Below, piece after piece: positions 18,207 to 28,393 of a DNA stretch of 64,000 nt. Source of the DNA: an uncultured Verrucomicrobiae bacterium (GTDB lineage Bacteria > Chlamydiota > Chlamydiia > Chlamydiales > Rhabdochlamydiaceae). The notes under the pieces are model-generated. The model saw only the letters and a list, made by a program, of their open reading frames with translations, made no database searches and was not told where the DNA came from. Position 1 is the first letter of the stretch; each line of letters begins with the position of its first letter. The DNA lies in contig CAWDYW010000003.1 of NCBI GenBank assembly GCA_963806855.1, positions 288,001-352,000 of the forward strand, read 5' to 3'. Made by a program: the position numbers and the translations under genes.

Positions 18207-20408
18207 ATGAGCTATTGGAATATTAATTGGACCCACTTTGTAGGTTCATTAGATTGGTTAACGCCCGTAACTGAAGAAAAGTGCCGAGAACTAGTGGGAG
18301 CAAAGTTTATTTATGATTGTGCTAGCACTGAATGGCGGCAGAATATTCGGTTCGGTTTGAGTGTCGGCAGAGTTATTACTATTTTTTCGGCAAGTGTGGC
18401 TATTGCGGTGTTATTAGCAAAAATATGGGAAAATCGCAAAGCCTACGCTGCTGCAAAAGCTTCCCTCGAAGAGGATCGCCAAGATTTAAAGGTCGCAAGG
18501 GAGAAAAACCGTTTAATAGATGTCAAGCTTTGCAAGAATGTCATTAGATCTGCTGAGGAATCAGAAAAACTGCCTGAGATCAAACGGATGATCGCAGCGG
18601 GTCAAGATCTCGATTCCCGTGTACATAAATGTGGTAGAACCCATTTGCACCGCGCGGTTGGAAAAGGGCAAGATGGGATCGTCAATGAGCTGCTCAAGGC
18701 AAGAGCTGCCGTCGATCTTCCGGATGAAAATGGGCAAACAGCGCTCCATATCGCCTGCAAGAAAGGGCAAATTGCAATAGCAAAAAAATTGATCGCAGCA
18801 GGGGCCTCCCGAGTAGCTCGTGATCATCAGGGAAGAACCCCTTTAATGCTGTTAATGGAAGGGGGATATGGCGGGACGATCGATTTTCTCATCATCGGGG
18901 ATCTCAATAAGCCTAGCTCCGCAGGATTGACTCCGCTCCATTTAGCCGCTTCCCAAGGAATGGAGAGTTGGATTGAACCATTGCTGAAAGCGGGAGCCGA
19001 TCCGATGGTGCGCGATCCAATGGGCAGAACGTGTATTGAGCGGCTTTTAGAAGACCAGTTACCTATTGACTCCTTTAATCGTCGCTATTTTGTCGACTGT
19101 TCTAAGGAGGAGAGGAAAGAAGGGGCTAATGACGTTCTTGAAGCATTTTCAAGACTCAATTTGCGTACTCAATGGTCAGTGAAGCAGTTCATGAGGAACA
19201 TAGCTAAAAGACTATCTCCAGGCACTGCTCATGATGCTGTTGACAGCGCCACGAAAAAAGATCCCTATTTTACCATAAAGCCTAAGGATGGAGGTGAAAT
19301 CTATCTACTTGGGGTTGCGCTTCTCAATATCTGGAAGAAATTGGGATATGAGAACGCTTTAACAGGCGAAAACTTTTCAATTACCTCTAAAGCTAGAAAA
19401 ATTGCCCCTAGCGCAAAACTTCTTTTGGACAAAATGGATGATTGGACCCCCGCATTGCAGATGCTTGTCAAAAGGCAATATCGGGATAAGGGCGAGAGGA
19501 AAACTCTCATCAAAGAGCTGATCGCGAGTCCAAAAGTCGATCTGAATCGGGTAAGTGTGGTTGATGCCCTACGCAATGCTCGCGGGAACTTTGAGGTTGT
19601 TCATATGCTCCTCGACTCAGGCAAGATTCAGAGTGTAGATTCCGATGCCCATGTGGCAGCTGAAGTAGGGGCCTATACTGTATTGGAAGAGCTCCAGAAA
19701 AAGGGGGTCAATCTGACAGATTGTGATTCGGCTCTTCTTGAAGCCATTAAAGGGAGGCATGAAAATTGCATCCGGTTATTGGTGAAAAACATGGATTTAG
19801 GCAAACTTAAAAACCTCAGGCTTAATGGGCTCACTTTAGATGCCTATGCCCTAGTATATGCTCCTCGAGGCTTAAGAGAGGCGTTAACTGAAAAAGGATT
19901 TGATTTTAGGAAATGTAGTCCCGATAGTGTCAAAAGAGCATTGAAGGATATCTTTCTTAAAGACCTCAAATTTTTCATAGAGAAAACGGTCGTAAATATT
20001 GCTGAGCTCAACACGCTCATTAGAGAACTCGAAGGAACGGAGCCTCACCCAAGCCTCTTATTTAAGAAGCTGGAACTTGGAATCGACTACTTCTTAAAGA
20101 TCGTCGAGATAGAAGAGGAAGCTCGAGCTCAAGGTAAGGCTGTAGCCGAAATCCCGATGCCGTTTGGAGACTATTTTAATTTGAGAAGGGCCATGGGCGA
20201 GATAGGCAATTTCAATATTGTCCCGCACATTTTAGGACAGCTTTTGGAACAATTGCCTAAGGGATTTAAAAATTTCTTTGAAGTCGAGCAAAGTCTGCAG
20301 GGATTGGCTTCGGCAGGAAAATTGGCTGTTCACCCAAGCAAAATCCCTCCGAGCATGTCTAGAAAATTTAAGGAAAAAGTGAGAATGAGCTATAATCAGT
20401 TGAATTAA
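18207..20408 (+). CDS. TM-anchored ankyrin-repeat protein
   Basis: GGAGG RBS before ATG 18207; TM VITIFSASVAIAVLLA; GRTHLHRA, GQTALHIA, GRTPL, GLTPLHLA. Confidence 0.88.
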   Translation: MSYWNINWTHFVGSLDWLTPVTEEKCRELVGAKFIYDCASTEWRQNIRFGLSVGRVITIFSASVAIAVLLAKIWENRKAYAAAKASLEEDRQDLKVAREKNRLIDVKLCKNVIRSAEESEKLPEIKRMIAAGQDLDSRVHKCGRTHLHRAVGKGQDGIVNELLKARAAVDLPDENGQTALHIACKKGQIAIAKKLIAAGASRVARDHQGRTPLMLLMEGGYGGTIDFLIIGDLNKPSSAGLTPLHLAASQGMESWIEPLLKAGADPMVRDPMGRTCIERLLEDQLPIDSFNRRYFVDCSKEERKEGANDVLEAFSRLNLRTQWSVKQFMRNIAKRLSPGTAHDAVDSATKKDPYFTIKPKDGGEIYLLGVALLNIWKKLGYENALTGENFSITSKARKIAPSAKLLLDKMDDWTPALQMLVKRQYRDKGERKTLIKELIASPKVDLNRVSVVDALRNARGNFEVVHMLLDSGKIQSVDSDAHVAAEVGAYTVLEELQKKGVNLTDCDSALLEAIKGRHENCIRLLVKNMDLGKLKNLRLNGLTLDAYALVYAPRGLREALTEKGFDFRKCSPDSVKRALKDIFLKDLKFFIEKTVVNIAELNTLIRELEGTEPHPSLLFKKLELGIDYFLKIVEIEEEARAQGKAVAEIPMPFGDYFNLRRAMGEIGNFNIVPHILGQLLEQLPKGFKNFFEVEQSLQGLASAGKLAVHPSKIPPSMSRKFKEKVRMSYNQLN

Positions 20409-20439
20409 GACCGTTTCCTGCATTAAACTGTAACAGTAT

Positions 20440-20513
20440 GGACTGATAGCTCAGCTGGATAGAGCATCCGCCTTCTAAGCGGACGGTCGCAGGTTCAAGT
20501 CCTGCTCAGTCCG
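20440..20513 (+). tRNA. tRNA-Arg(TCT)
   Basis: GGACTGA/TCAGTCC acceptor stem, TCCGC-CTTCTAA-GCGGA anticodon arm, GTTCAAG T-loop. Confidence 0.96.
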
Positions 20514-20520
20514 ATCTATT

Positions 20521-20686
20521 TACCTGAGTTTCAGGTTTGTTTGCCTGATACTCAAGTTCTTCCGGCCTTTTTTCGATTTTTGAGCCTTGGTAAGATGCTC
20601 GTCCCGATATTACCTTCGGCTCAAAAAACAAAAATAGGCTCGGAATTTACTTGACTCTCAGGGCAAATAAACCCGAAACTCAGGTA
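20521..20686. repeat. 166-bp palindromic element A (MITE/RPE-like)
   Basis: TACCTGAGTTTC..TTTG ... CAAATAAACCCGAAACTCAGGTA arms with further internal pairing (tttttgagcc/ggctcaaaaa, ggtaa/ttacc). Confidence 0.8.
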
Positions 20687-20698
20687 TTTGAGTATCCT

Positions 20699-23344
20699 AT
20701 GGCCAAACAGACACTACAACGTTTCGTCAATAAGTCCAAAAATTTGGGCGATTTCGTTTTATCCGCTTACCGTTTTGAGAATCTCGATGAGGTTTTTAGA
20801 CCGTTTAAAACAGCAGATTTTGAACGGTTCAACCACAAGCAGAAAAGCGACCTGGTAAACCGGGCTCTGTTGGAGCTGATCTTAAAAGCCCCCGACACTT
20901 TTCTTTTGATCGCCATGATCGAGTACATGGACAAGATCGCCCGTGAGAACATTCTGATCAACTACGTCCTGAACAGTTTTGAACTCTGGCTCAACCAGTT
21001 TTCTGGTCTTAGCGAGGAGGAAAACTATCGGGTCCGAGGCAAAATCATCGGGAAAGAGATCCCCCGCGATGAATATCAGGTGCTCTTTCCTATCGGAATG
21101 GGGAAGGTCCATCCTGGAAGCCACTATGTCACCGCGCATGCTTCGCCGGATCTCGATACCACTGTGGCCTCATTTTGGGGCTGGGTCGATGCGTTCGGCG
21201 CTCGGGTTGCCGAAGGGGTCCATATTTGGAATGTCCCCGGCGGCGCGCCCCAATCGAGCATCGAAGTGGCCCTGCTCTTCTATCACATCTTTGGGCAAAA
21301 CGTCTTTGGCCACTTAGCGAAAACGAGGAGCACCCTGGCGTTGTCGAGCTTAGAGCTCATGACCCAGCGGGGCGTGATCAACCAGCTCACCAACCAATCT
21401 TCCCTGATGATCGATCACGAACGGGCCCAAAAGGCGATTATCTTGGTCGACCAAGGGGGATACTACTTAGGCGACTGGCGTAATTTCGATATCGAAGGGG
21501 TCAGGCAGGTGATTCTGCTGCTCAATAACTGCTTGCGCTGGTTCGAGAACAACCTCCATATCGGCCTCATCTCCCTCTTCGCAAAGGAAAATCTCTCTAA
21601 AAGCGACTTCCCCAAATTTGTCGACAAAACTTTCGAGATCAAAATCCACGACTCTGATCCGGCCCGCGAATTCAATGAGAAGCAGGTGCGGCACATCGAG
21701 GCTTATTTGCGCAAAGTGCTGAAGATCGAGCAGGGATTGAGCGCCACTTTTTCAGAGTTTGCCCGGGGCCTCCAGGCGTGCGGTGTGAACAATTTCCAAG
21801 AGTGGATCGACAAGGTGCGCGGTTTAGAGCGCTCCGATCTATTTGATGCCAAGGGCAAGCTGATTGAAAATCGACCCAAAATCTTCCACCACCTCGAAGA
21901 AATTATTTCTCAGCTCGATCAGGCCATCCAGAGCATCCGCGCCTATACCGAGCGGCTCGATGTTGCCCTCAAAATCAAGAGCGATGTATTTGGATACTTG
22001 CCCCAAGTGGTCAGCTACCGAGCCGATGTTGAAGAGCTGCGCAGCAAGATGGGCAACTACCACTATTTGACCGTCACCTCCAGCGACGAAGAGGGGAAAA
22101 TGCTCCCGCTCGGCGTCGTGCGGGCCCGCGATCTCTTCCAGCCTATCTTGGGGACCGTCACCTTACGCGATTTCTGCAACCGCGATGAGACCAAGATCCC
22201 CTCCTATCTCGAAGTAATCAGCGTCATCGACCACCATAAAAGCACCCTGCAAACCTCTACCGCTCCCGTCGCCTATCTCTCCGATGCCCAGTCATCTAAC
22301 ACCGTCGTCGCCCAGCTGGCCTTTGTGATTAACGATCGCTACGCTACCTGTGGCATGAGCCCAAAGGAGATCGAGGAGCAGATCGACGAGGTGAAAAAAA
22401 ACCTCTCCTCTTCTAGCAGCAAACGGATCCTCCAAAAACTGCTCAAACAACTGCAGGCGGTAAGCACCACTCGAGTCTATTACATCGATCCTCTGCGTGA
22501 GTTTGTCGAATACCTCCATTTCCTCTATGCGATTCTCGATGATACCGATCTGCTCACCAAAGTCTCAAGGCGCGATGTCGAAATCGTTGCCGAATTGCTC
22601 AACCGTCTCAAGTCCCTCATGGAGGGCAAAGTGGTCGAAATCATCCATTTGGATGACATCAAGCGTGACGAGACCTACGTGCAGAATGCCGCCAGTCGAA
22701 TCCTCCACAATGCCGATATGTATTCACTCTATCGGAAGATCTACTTGGCCAAAGAGCAGCTGGTCGAAGAAAATTTCCTCCTCTGCGCGCAAGGGAAAGA
22801 GTCGAGCCTATTTGTCGACACCAAACAGCAAAACGGCTGCGTCAGTGTGGGGCAAACAAAGCTCTTTGCCAATAATTTCGCCTCATTCAAGGCTCATGCG
22901 GACAAACTGCGCGAAATTTGGGTCAAGCAATCGGAAGCATTTTTTGCCGATAGGCGCGAGTATGATCTCTACTTGCACATGATCAGCACCGTCCCTGGGG
23001 CTGAAGACCTCTTCAACGGCGCAGACAAGCAGCTCGCCTCAAAAGATGAGCTGTGGCTTTGGATCCCGATGACCGATCAGGCAATCGAGCATTTGAAGAG
23101 CTTCCTCAACGAATTCCGCTCCTCGCCCCAAATCATGCAGATGCAAAATGAGCTCGACCTCGAGTTCGTCGGCCCAAATGCGCACGAGCTCCATAAGATT
23201 TTCAATGAGAGCTTCTTGTCCGCGCCCTATCACCTCTCCAATGAGCATGGCAAATACTCGATGGCGATCATCCGCTTCCCAGCAGGCAAGATCAACTCGC
23301 GCAAAGCGATGATCTCTCCCTACCTGCCGAACTTAATTAGTTAG
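20699..23344 (+). CDS. Large DHH-superfamily protein resembling family II (Mn-dependent) pyrophosphatases with large insertions
   Basis: VTAHASPDLDTTVAS, VIDHH, SSNTVVA, AILDDT, VGQ and terminal SRK in the order of family II PPase motifs; the TTG-start extension lies within element A. Confidence 0.65.
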   Translation: MAKQTLQRFVNKSKNLGDFVLSAYRFENLDEVFRPFKTADFERFNHKQKSDLVNRALLELILKAPDTFLLIAMIEYMDKIARENILINYVLNSFELWLNQFSGLSEEENYRVRGKIIGKEIPRDEYQVLFPIGMGKVHPGSHYVTAHASPDLDTTVASFWGWVDAFGARVAEGVHIWNVPGGAPQSSIEVALLFYHIFGQNVFGHLAKTRSTLALSSLELMTQRGVINQLTNQSSLMIDHERAQKAIILVDQGGYYLGDWRNFDIEGVRQVILLLNNCLRWFENNLHIGLISLFAKENLSKSDFPKFVDKTFEIKIHDSDPAREFNEKQVRHIEAYLRKVLKIEQGLSATFSEFARGLQACGVNNFQEWIDKVRGLERSDLFDAKGKLIENRPKIFHHLEEIISQLDQAIQSIRAYTERLDVALKIKSDVFGYLPQVVSYRADVEELRSKMGNYHYLTVTSSDEEGKMLPLGVVRARDLFQPILGTVTLRDFCNRDETKIPSYLEVISVIDHHKSTLQTSTAPVAYLSDAQSSNTVVAQLAFVINDRYATCGMSPKEIEEQIDEVKKNLSSSSSKRILQKLLKQLQAVSTTRVYYIDPLREFVEYLHFLYAILDDTDLLTKVSRRDVEIVAELLNRLKSLMEGKVVEIIHLDDIKRDETYVQNAASRILHNADMYSLYRKIYLAKEQLVEENFLLCAQGKESSLFVDTKQQNGCVSVGQTKLFANNFASFKAHADKLREIWVKQSEAFFADRREYDLYLHMISTVPGAEDLFNGADKQLASKDELWLWIPMTDQAIEHLKSFLNEFRSSPQIMQMQNELDLEFVGPNAHELHKIFNESFLSAPYHLSNEHGKYSMAIIRFPAGKINSRKAMISPYLPNLIS

Positions 23345-23517
23345 ACCTCGAAAGTTATTCAAAATCAGTTAGTTACTTTTTTTAACATCAAAACTGTAAA
23401 CTCTAGATGACACTTTTTAGCTAAAGTTGTCTACTCGACTTTACACTTTTTTAGCAGTGGATGGAATGAAGATGAAATTCGGGGCCCAATTTCTCAGGCC
23501 CCAGAAAATTGTAGAAA

Positions 23518-23784
23518 TTAGCTTTCCTCTTTGGATTCGCCTTCGCCTTCGTCTTCCTCAATGATTTCAAGGTTGACGCGGATGCCGTTGCGGCTGGCAA
23601 CAGACATGAGCAGAGTGCGGATGGCGTTGATGGTTTTTCCCTTTTTGCCGATGATTTTACCGATATCAGATTTCTCGACACCAAGTTCAATGATAAGTGT
23701 GTGTGTGCCCCCAATCTCATTGATGCGCACTTTATCTGGATTATCTACTAAGTTTTTGACGATGTATTCAACGAATTCTTTCAT
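23518..23784 (-). CDS. KH-domain RNA-binding protein (KhpA-like)
   Basis: MKEFVEYIVKNLVD, DIGKIIGKKGKTINAIRTL. Confidence 0.93.
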   Translation of the reverse strand: MKEFVEYIVKNLVDNPDKVRINEIGGTHTLIIELGVEKSDIGKIIGKKGKTINAIRTLLMSVASRNGIRVNLEIIEEDEGEGESKEES

Positions 23785-23872
23785 TTTCGATCCTCATTCT
23801 GAATTTGAGAAGTTCAATCAACCTGTCCCATCTTCGGTGATAGGGACATGTCAAATTTCAAAATCAATTTTA

Positions 23873-24781
23873 CTAAGACTGTTGGATGAATTCAATAAAA
23901 TTTTTCATGTCAGGGGAAATCGGAGCGACTATTTCTAGTGGTTTCTCCGAAATCGGATGGGTAAATTTGATGGTGTGGGCATGGAGTAGCGGTCGTGTTG
24001 CTTTATACTTCTCATTGAGTGATTTGCTTCCATAAACTGGATCTCCGAGAAGGGGGCAGTTGAGGTGCTTGAGGTGTGCCCGAATTTGATGAGTGCGGCC
24101 AGTGATCAGCTGCACATCAATGAAGCATAGTCCATTATTCCTCTGCAGGATCTTAAAGCAGCTGATCGCCTCTTTTCCATCTTCGCTGACGGTCATCTCT
24201 TGCCGCCGTATCGGGTGCCGTTTAATTGGGGCCGAGAGCTGCCCTTCTTTGGGCACGCCGCAGCAGATGGCGAGGTAATGCTTTTCGATGGCGCGGGTCG
24301 AAAATTTTTCGATCATTTTTTTGTGGGCGAGCGAGGTCTTGACTCCGATGAGGACGCCGGTGGTCTCTTTGTCGAGCCTGTGGACGATACCGGGGCGGAG
24401 TGTGGTAAATTCAGTAGGATTGAGTTGGCTGCAATGGTAGAGAAGGGCGTTGGCAAAGGTGCCTGAAGGGGAGCCAGGTGCGGGGTGGACGACCATGCCA
24501 GCGGGCTTATTGATGATGAGCAGATGATCATCTTCGTAGAGGATGTCGAGGGGAATCGGTTCGGGTTTAACGTCGATTTCAGGGGTGAGCAGAAAGGAGA
24601 TCTCGATCTCATCGCCAACGGCGGGGCGGTATTGTTTTTTGACCAGGAGTCCGTTGACGAGGACGCACCCTTCTTCAATCAGATATTGGAAATAGGTGCG
24701 GGAGTGGTCAGGGAAGTGATTTTTGAGGATTTTATCGAGCCGCACTCCGAGATCCTCTTCGGAAATGATGAGGTTAGTCAT
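23873..24781 (-). CDS. rluD: RluA/RluD-family 23S rRNA pseudouridine synthase with S4 domain
   Basis: RLDK S4 start, NKPAGMVVHP, GIVHRLDKETTG, TGRTHQIR. Confidence 0.9.
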   Translation of the reverse strand: MTNLIISEEDLGVRLDKILKNHFPDHSRTYFQYLIEEGCVLVNGLLVKKQYRPAVGDEIEISFLLTPEIDVKPEPIPLDILYEDDHLLIINKPAGMVVHPAPGSPSGTFANALLYHCSQLNPTEFTTLRPGIVHRLDKETTGVLIGVKTSLAHKKMIEKFSTRAIEKHYLAICCGVPKEGQLSAPIKRHPIRRQEMTVSEDGKEAISCFKILQRNNGLCFIDVQLITGRTHQIRAHLKHLNCPLLGDPVYGSKSLNEKYKATRPLLHAHTIKFTHPISEKPLEIVAPISPDMKNFIEFIQQS

Positions 24782-25058
24782 CTTTGTCCTCGATCACTTT
24801 TTTGAGTTTCTCGGCGGCCTTTTTAACTTCTGCGTCCTGGCGCTTGATCTCGTCGATGACCGATTTGAGGAGGTTGTTGATGATCGCTTGCATCTCTTTG
24901 GCAGTCGGCTCGGCGCCGGTCTTGGCAAACATCTTGGCAAAGGGGGACTTGAGCAGCTCGGCATCGTAGGCGCTTTGAGCGGGGGATTCGGGCTTTGATG
25001 GCCCGGCCGATTCTGGTTGGTGGGGCGGGGGGCCTGCTGGTGGAGTAACTGATGGCAT
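24774..25058 (-). CDS. Small chlamydial hypothetical protein (CT656/CT657-like position); Pro/Ser-rich N-terminus, coiled-coil C-terminus
   Basis: GAGGT RBS; overlaps the rluD start; composition typical of T3S substrates. Confidence 0.7.
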   Translation of the reverse strand: MPSVTPPAGPPPHQPESAGPSKPESPAQSAYDAELLKSPFAKMFAKTGAEPTAKEMQAIINNLLKSVIDEIKRQDAEVKKAAEKLKKVIEDKDD

Positions 25059-25168
25059 ATATCACCTCTCTCACTATAGAATAGTAGAAAATTGATAAAG
25101 ATTCAAGGACAGCTTTTAATTAAAAAAATATTTGCATCCGAATCTTAATTTATTGAAAATGAGTCGTT

Positions 25169-25579
25169 ATGGAATCGATTAAGGCAAAAGCTTTTGCTCT
25201 GTTGGCTAGGAAGGCTTATTTCTCTAAACAATTGAGGCTCAAGCTCGCAGAGAAGGGTTATCCCAAGGAAGAGATCGAGGCATTGATTGCTGAGTTTATC
25301 CGAAGGGGATGGCTCAATGACCAAGAATTGGCAAATCGTTATGTCGAGCAGCAGCGGCAGAAGGGATATGGGGCCAGGCGGATTGCGCTGCAACTGCGAG
25401 AGAAGGCCGGACAGGTCGAGGTTGCCTTGGAGGAATCAGAAGAGGTTTTAGCAGCCTTGATTCAGAAGAAATATTTAGGTAAGCTCCAGGAAAATAGGAA
25501 CAAGGTAATCCAGGCGCTCCTTCGCCGCGGTTTCTCCTACGACTTAATCTGTAAGGCATTAAACGAGGACTTTAGATGA
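25169..25579 (+). CDS. recX: Regulatory protein RecX
   Basis: LLARK.Y...L..KL..KG, WLND, KGYGARRI..QL, LLRRGFSYD. Confidence 0.85.
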   Translation: MESIKAKAFALLARKAYFSKQLRLKLAEKGYPKEEIEALIAEFIRRGWLNDQELANRYVEQQRQKGYGARRIALQLREKAGQVEVALEESEEVLAALIQKKYLGKLQENRNKVIQALLRRGFSYDLICKALNEDFR

Positions 25580-26637
25580 GAATTCTCATTGCACTTTTGT
25601 TAGTTTTTTCAGCGATCCTCCAGGCTCAGGAGGTTCACGAAGGGGACTATTTTGTCACGGGGGGCAATGTGGAGATCGCCATGGTGGTCAAGGGCGATGT
25701 CTTTGCCGTTGGCTCGCAGGTCACTGTGAAAGGCCGGGTCGAAGGGGATGTGATTGCCGCTGGAAGTACGCTTCAGATTGATGGCGATGTGCTCGGCAAT
25801 GTCCGGGCGATTGGTGGACAGGTGATCATAAATGGTACCATCGGGAAAAATTTGACTGCGCTAGGTGGAACTCTAATGCTGAATCAGGGGTCATCGGTGA
25901 AGGGTAATGCTGTCTTTACAGGCGGCGAGGCGAGGCTATCGGGTGTTGTAGAGGGGAGGGTCTCTTTGAATTGTTCCTCAGCTCGGATTAATGGGAAAAT
26001 TGGGGGGCGATTGAAGGGGCGCATTGGAGAGCTGCATATTGGACCCCAAAGTGAGATCGGCGGCAATTTGGAATATGAAAGTGGCACCGAAGGGAAAGTT
26101 GATCCAGAGGCAAAGATTGAAGGGCAGGTGATTTACCACCCTTCTCACTTTAAGAGTTTTTTTGGTAAGGAATGGAAACAGAAAGTGATTGTCGGATCGA
26201 AGTTGCTGGCGATTTCGATGAACCTGCTGTTTAGCTTTGTCTTTGGGGTGCTTTATATTAAATTGTTTCCACACGGCTTTCATGATGCCTTGAAGTTTCT
26301 CAAAAAACGGCCTTGGACTTCTGCTGGAATAGGGTTATTGACGATGATTTTATTGCCGATTCTCTGCCTGCTTCTTTTAGTCTCCGTTTTGGGTTTCCCT
26401 ATCGGCCTTGCGCTGATCGCATTCAGCTTGCTCACCTTCTATACCGCAAAGGTTGTGCCGATTGTTTGGATTACCCATGCAGTATTTCCAAAAATGGGGA
26501 TCTATTGGGGCCTTTTCTTAGGGCTGGTCCTCTTTTTTATTCTTCTGCAGATTCCCTTTTTTGGTGGGCTCCTCTCCATTAGCTTTATCTTGCTGGGACT
26601 CGGGGCGGCCATGATGGCAAAGAGCTCTCAGAAATAA
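25576..26637 (+). CDS. Bactofilin-like beta-helix repeat protein with a multi-pass C-terminal membrane domain
   Basis: Signal peptide, repeated G.V.GDV...GG motifs, then several TM helices. Confidence 0.75.
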   Translation: MRILIALLLVFSAILQAQEVHEGDYFVTGGNVEIAMVVKGDVFAVGSQVTVKGRVEGDVIAAGSTLQIDGDVLGNVRAIGGQVIINGTIGKNLTALGGTLMLNQGSSVKGNAVFTGGEARLSGVVEGRVSLNCSSARINGKIGGRLKGRIGELHIGPQSEIGGNLEYESGTEGKVDPEAKIEGQVIYHPSHFKSFFGKEWKQKVIVGSKLLAISMNLLFSFVFGVLYIKLFPHGFHDALKFLKKRPWTSAGIGLLTMILLPILCLLLLVSVLGFPIGLALIAFSLLTFYTAKVVPIVWITHAVFPKMGIYWGLFLGLVLFFILLQIPFFGGLLSISFILLGLGAAMMAKSSQK

Positions 26638-26682
26638 TTCGGGCATGGGTAATTAACCATAAGTTGGCAAAGCGTTTTGAAG

Positions 26683-26971
26683 TTAATATAGACATGTCGG
26701 GTTACACAGCACTTCGTGTCCAGTGTCCCTGACTGTTACCCATATCTTTTACTATGGGGAGTACTAGAAACGCGAAGCGCCTCTGTGTCCTCTGTGCCCT
26801 CTGTGGTGATAATTTTTTTTTAATTTTACCACCCTTTCACTCCGCTCACTAGAGAGCACAGAGGACACAGAGCCGCTTCGCGTAGGCCTACTTTTCTCTC
26901 TATAAAAAATGTGGGTAACAGTCAGGGACACTGGACACGAAGTGCTGTGTAACCCGACATGTCTATATTAA
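26683..26971. mobile_element. 289-bp nested palindromic element (MITE-like)
   Basis: Perfect 60-bp inverted repeats (26683-26742 / 26912-26971) enclose a 33-bp inverted pair (26770-26802 / 26851-26883). Confidence 0.8.
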
Positions 26972-27016
26972 GCCAAAGAACCTGTACCGATTTATGAGTA
27001 AAAGGGGCAGGGGCTC

Positions 27017-28393
27017 TCAGAAGTCGGCGTGACCGGGGTAGCGGGGGAAGGGGATCACATCGCGGATGTTCTCCATCCCTGTCGCAAATAGGATGAGCCG
27101 TTCAAATCCAACGCCGAAGCCGGCATGGGGAACGCTTCCATATTTGCGCAGCTGCATGTACCACCAGTAGTCGTCGGGATTGAGGCCGAAGCTGATGATC
27201 TTTTTCTCGAGCCGATCATACCGTTCTTCACGTTGGCTGCCGCCGATCAGTTCGCCGATTTTGGGCACGAGCAGATCCATTGCAGCGACGGTACGACCAT
27301 CGTCGTTGGCGCGCATGTAAAAGGCTTTGATCGTTTCGGGGTAGTTAATGAGAAAGACGGGCCGTTTGCAGTGTTCTTCAGCCAGGTACCGCTCGTGTTC
27401 TGACTGGAGATCGATGCCCCAGCGGACGGGAAACTCGAAGGTTTTGCCACAGCTTTGGAGAATGTCGATCGCTTCGGTGTAGGTGAGGCGGGCGAATTCA
27501 TTCTCGAGGGCGTTGCGCAGGCGGGCGATCAATCCTTTTTCGACAAACTGATCGAAAAATTCCATGTCTTCATGGCACTTGTCAAAGCAGGCTTTGATCA
27601 TCGCTTTGACATAGGCTTCCGCGACATCCATGTTCCCCTGCAGATCGCAGAAGGCCATTTCTGGTTCCATCATCCAAAACTCGGCTAAGTGGCGCGTCGT
27701 ATTGGAGTTCTCCGCGCGGAAGGTGGGGCCAAAGGTGTAGACGTCAGTGAGGGCGCAGGCCATCGTTTCGGCGTTGAGCTGCCCGGAGACGGTTAGGTGA
27801 GCCGGTTTTCCGAAGAAGTCCTGTGAGAAATCGATGGTTCCATCGGAGTGGCGTGGAGGTTTGCTGAAATCGAGTGTCGTGACGAGGAATTGCTCGCCGG
27901 CCCCTTCGGTATCGGCGGTGGTGATGATGGGGGTTTGGATGTAGACGAAGTCACGCTCTTGGAAAAATTGGTGAGTCGCAAAGGCTAGGGCATTGCGGAC
28001 CCGGTTGACGGCCCCTTGCGTGTTGGTGCGGGGACGGAGGTGAGCGATGGTGCGGAGGAATTCAAAGGAGTGCCGCTTTTTCTGGAGGGGATAGTCTTCA
28101 GCTGGGGAGTCGCCGAAGATCTCGATCGAGTCTGCTTTTAGCTCGAAGTTTTGCTTCTGCCCTGGGCTTTCGACGAGGGTGCCGGTGATGGCGACGGAGG
28201 AACCTGTCGTCAGTTTTTCAAATTGAGGGCGCAGACGCTCTTCGGCAATCACCTGGAGGGAGCCCAATTTTGATCCGTCATTGATTTCGATGAAGGCAAA
28301 ATTCTTCTGATCGCGGACCGAACGGACCCAGCCGCAGATTTTAAGAGTTTGTCCGAGAGAGGTTTTGTTGATATTTTTGATTTTCATCTTCAT
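27017..28393 (-). CDS. asnS: Asparagine--tRNA ligase (start 28393 or 28387)
   Basis: [49 protein letters not shown]. Confidence 0.97.
   Translation of the reverse strand: MKMKIKNINKTSLGQTLKICGWVRSVRDQKNFAFIEINDGSKLGSLQVIAEERLRPQFEKLTTGSSVAITGTLVESPGQKQNFELKADSIEIFGDSPAEDYPLQKKRHSFEFLRTIAHLRPRTNTQGAVNRVRNALAFATHQFFQERDFVYIQTPIITTADTEGAGEQFLVTTLDFSKPPRHSDGTIDFSQDFFGKPAHLTVSGQLNAETMACALTDVYTFGPTFRAENSNTTRHLAEFWMMEPEMAFCDLQGNMDVAEAYVKAMIKACFDKCHEDMEFFDQFVEKGLIARLRNALENEFARLTYTEAIDILQSCGKTFEFPVRWGIDLQSEHERYLAEEHCKRPVFLINYPETIKAFYMRANDDGRTVAAMDLLVPKIGELIGGSQREERYDRLEKKIISFGLNPDDYWWYMQLRKYGSVPHAGFGVGFERLILFATGMENIRDVIPFPRYPGHADF

Noticed and set aside
28341..28393. nfo/asnS overlap of about 50 nt as a regulatory device
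   Set aside because: Most simply a stop-codon drift giving a non-conserved Nfo tail; no other supporting signal
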